Positions 63,366 to 64,000 of a DNA stretch of 64,000 nt are shown in pieces; position 1 is the first letter of the stretch; every line of letters begins with the position of its first letter. The stretch is from an uncultured delta proteobacterium. Lineage in GTDB: Bacteria; Desulfobacterota; Desulfobacteria; Desulfobacterales; Desulfatirhabdiaceae. The stretch spans positions 1 through 64,000 of the forward strand of contig CAWBKP010000025.1 of the NCBI GenBank assembly GCA_963789395.1, written 5' to 3'. The notes under the pieces were generated by a model. The model saw only the letters and a list, made by a program, of their open reading frames with translations, was not told the DNA's origin and did no database searches. Position numbers and translations under genes: made by a program.

Positions 63366-64000
63366 ATGAAAACCGGTTGTTATACTGCATTGATCACCCC
63401 TTTTAACGGGGAAAGGGTGGATGTCGCTGGCATTGAAAAACTGGTCAACTACCAGATTCAAAGCGGCATAACCGGCGTTCTGGCTGTTGGAACCACCGGC
63501 GAAAGTCCTGCGCTCAGCTGGGAAGAACATCATCAGGTAACGCAGGTGATTGCATCCGCATGCAAGGGAAAATGCCTTTGCATTGCTGGCACCGGCAGCA
63601 ACAATACCCAGGAGGCACTTGAAGCCTCCCGTCACGCGGTGAATCTGGGAGTGGACGGCCTGCTGCTGGTGGATCCGTATTACAACGGCCCCAGCTCTCT
63701 CGAAATTCGAAAGGAATATGTGGAGCCTGTGGCCGCGGCTTTTCCCGATACCCAGGTAATCCCCTATGTGATTCCGGGACGGACCGGAACACAGCTTCTG
63801 CCGCAAGACCTGGCCATCGCGTACAAGGCTTATCCCAATGTGGCGACTGTCAAGGAGGCCACCGGCAACCTGGACAACATGCGGCTGACCCGAAAATGCT
63901 GCGGGCCGGACTATACCATTTTGTCCGGCGATGATGCTTTGACCTATGACATGATGACGGATTCCGGGATTTTGGCAGGGGGCGCCATTTCAGTAATGTC
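63366..64000 (+). CDS. dapA: 4-hydroxy-tetrahydrodipicolinate synthase (partial, runs off the window)
   Basis: Manual translation MKTGCYTALITPF..GTTGES..GTGSNNT..PYYN..PGRTG..VKEATG..LSGDD. RBS AAGGAGG. Confidence 0.9.
   Translation, partial: MKTGCYTALITPFNGERVDVAGIEKLVNYQIQSGITGVLAVGTTGESPALSWEEHHQVTQVIASACKGKCLCIAGTGSNNTQEALEASRHAVNLGVDGLLLVDPYYNGPSSLEIRKEYVEPVAAAFPDTQVIPYVIPGRTGTQLLPQDLAIAYKAYPNVATVKEATGNLDNMRLTRKCCGPDYTILSGDDALTYDMMTDSGILAGGAISVM

Overview
Bacterial chromosomal window, probably a sulfate-reducing deltaproteobacterium of Desulfobacterales type (inferred from gene content). Left (0.2-11.5 kb): a PHP histidinol-phosphatase and a GC-rich yfa/mag-type alpha-2-macroglobulin operon. 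Its A2M keeps an intact CTEQ thioester motif, and the operon has a YfaP-YfaT fusion and a three-domain YfaQ-like protein. An IS1380-family element follows. From 13.6 to 33 kb lies an accessory region where nearly every gene or gene fragment is delimited by short GGGGAC-ended inverted-repeat elements (consensus AAAAGGGGACAGATTTATT / AATAAATCTGTCCCCTTT). These are interleaved with fragments and internally deleted copies of one HUH/Y1 (RAYT-like) tyrosine transposase. The cargo includes a NUDIX plus SauUSI-like PLD-helicase, two near-identical NAD(P)H dehydrogenases, several intact or broken toxin-antitoxin modules, an AAA/DUF4143 ATPase, a vWA-PspA-two-component block and an MFS pump. This repeat-punctuated cassette-like array is the most unusual structure in the window. 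Right (33-64 kb) is mostly ordinary metabolism: a molybdenum cofactor maturation cluster with a ModE-like operator, glutaredoxin plus FTR, non-pyrrolysine MttB, znuABC-like, ZraSR-like plus TrxC, glgP/glgA, fumarase, queCE, manA, rfbA, an ODP-like di-iron protein coupled to a PP2C phosphatase, and the start of dapA. Three other intergenic repeat families are present. Many genes carry frameshifts that look like assembly indels. No rRNA, tRNA or CRISPR array was seen. All family assignments come from motif recognition; no database searches were run.
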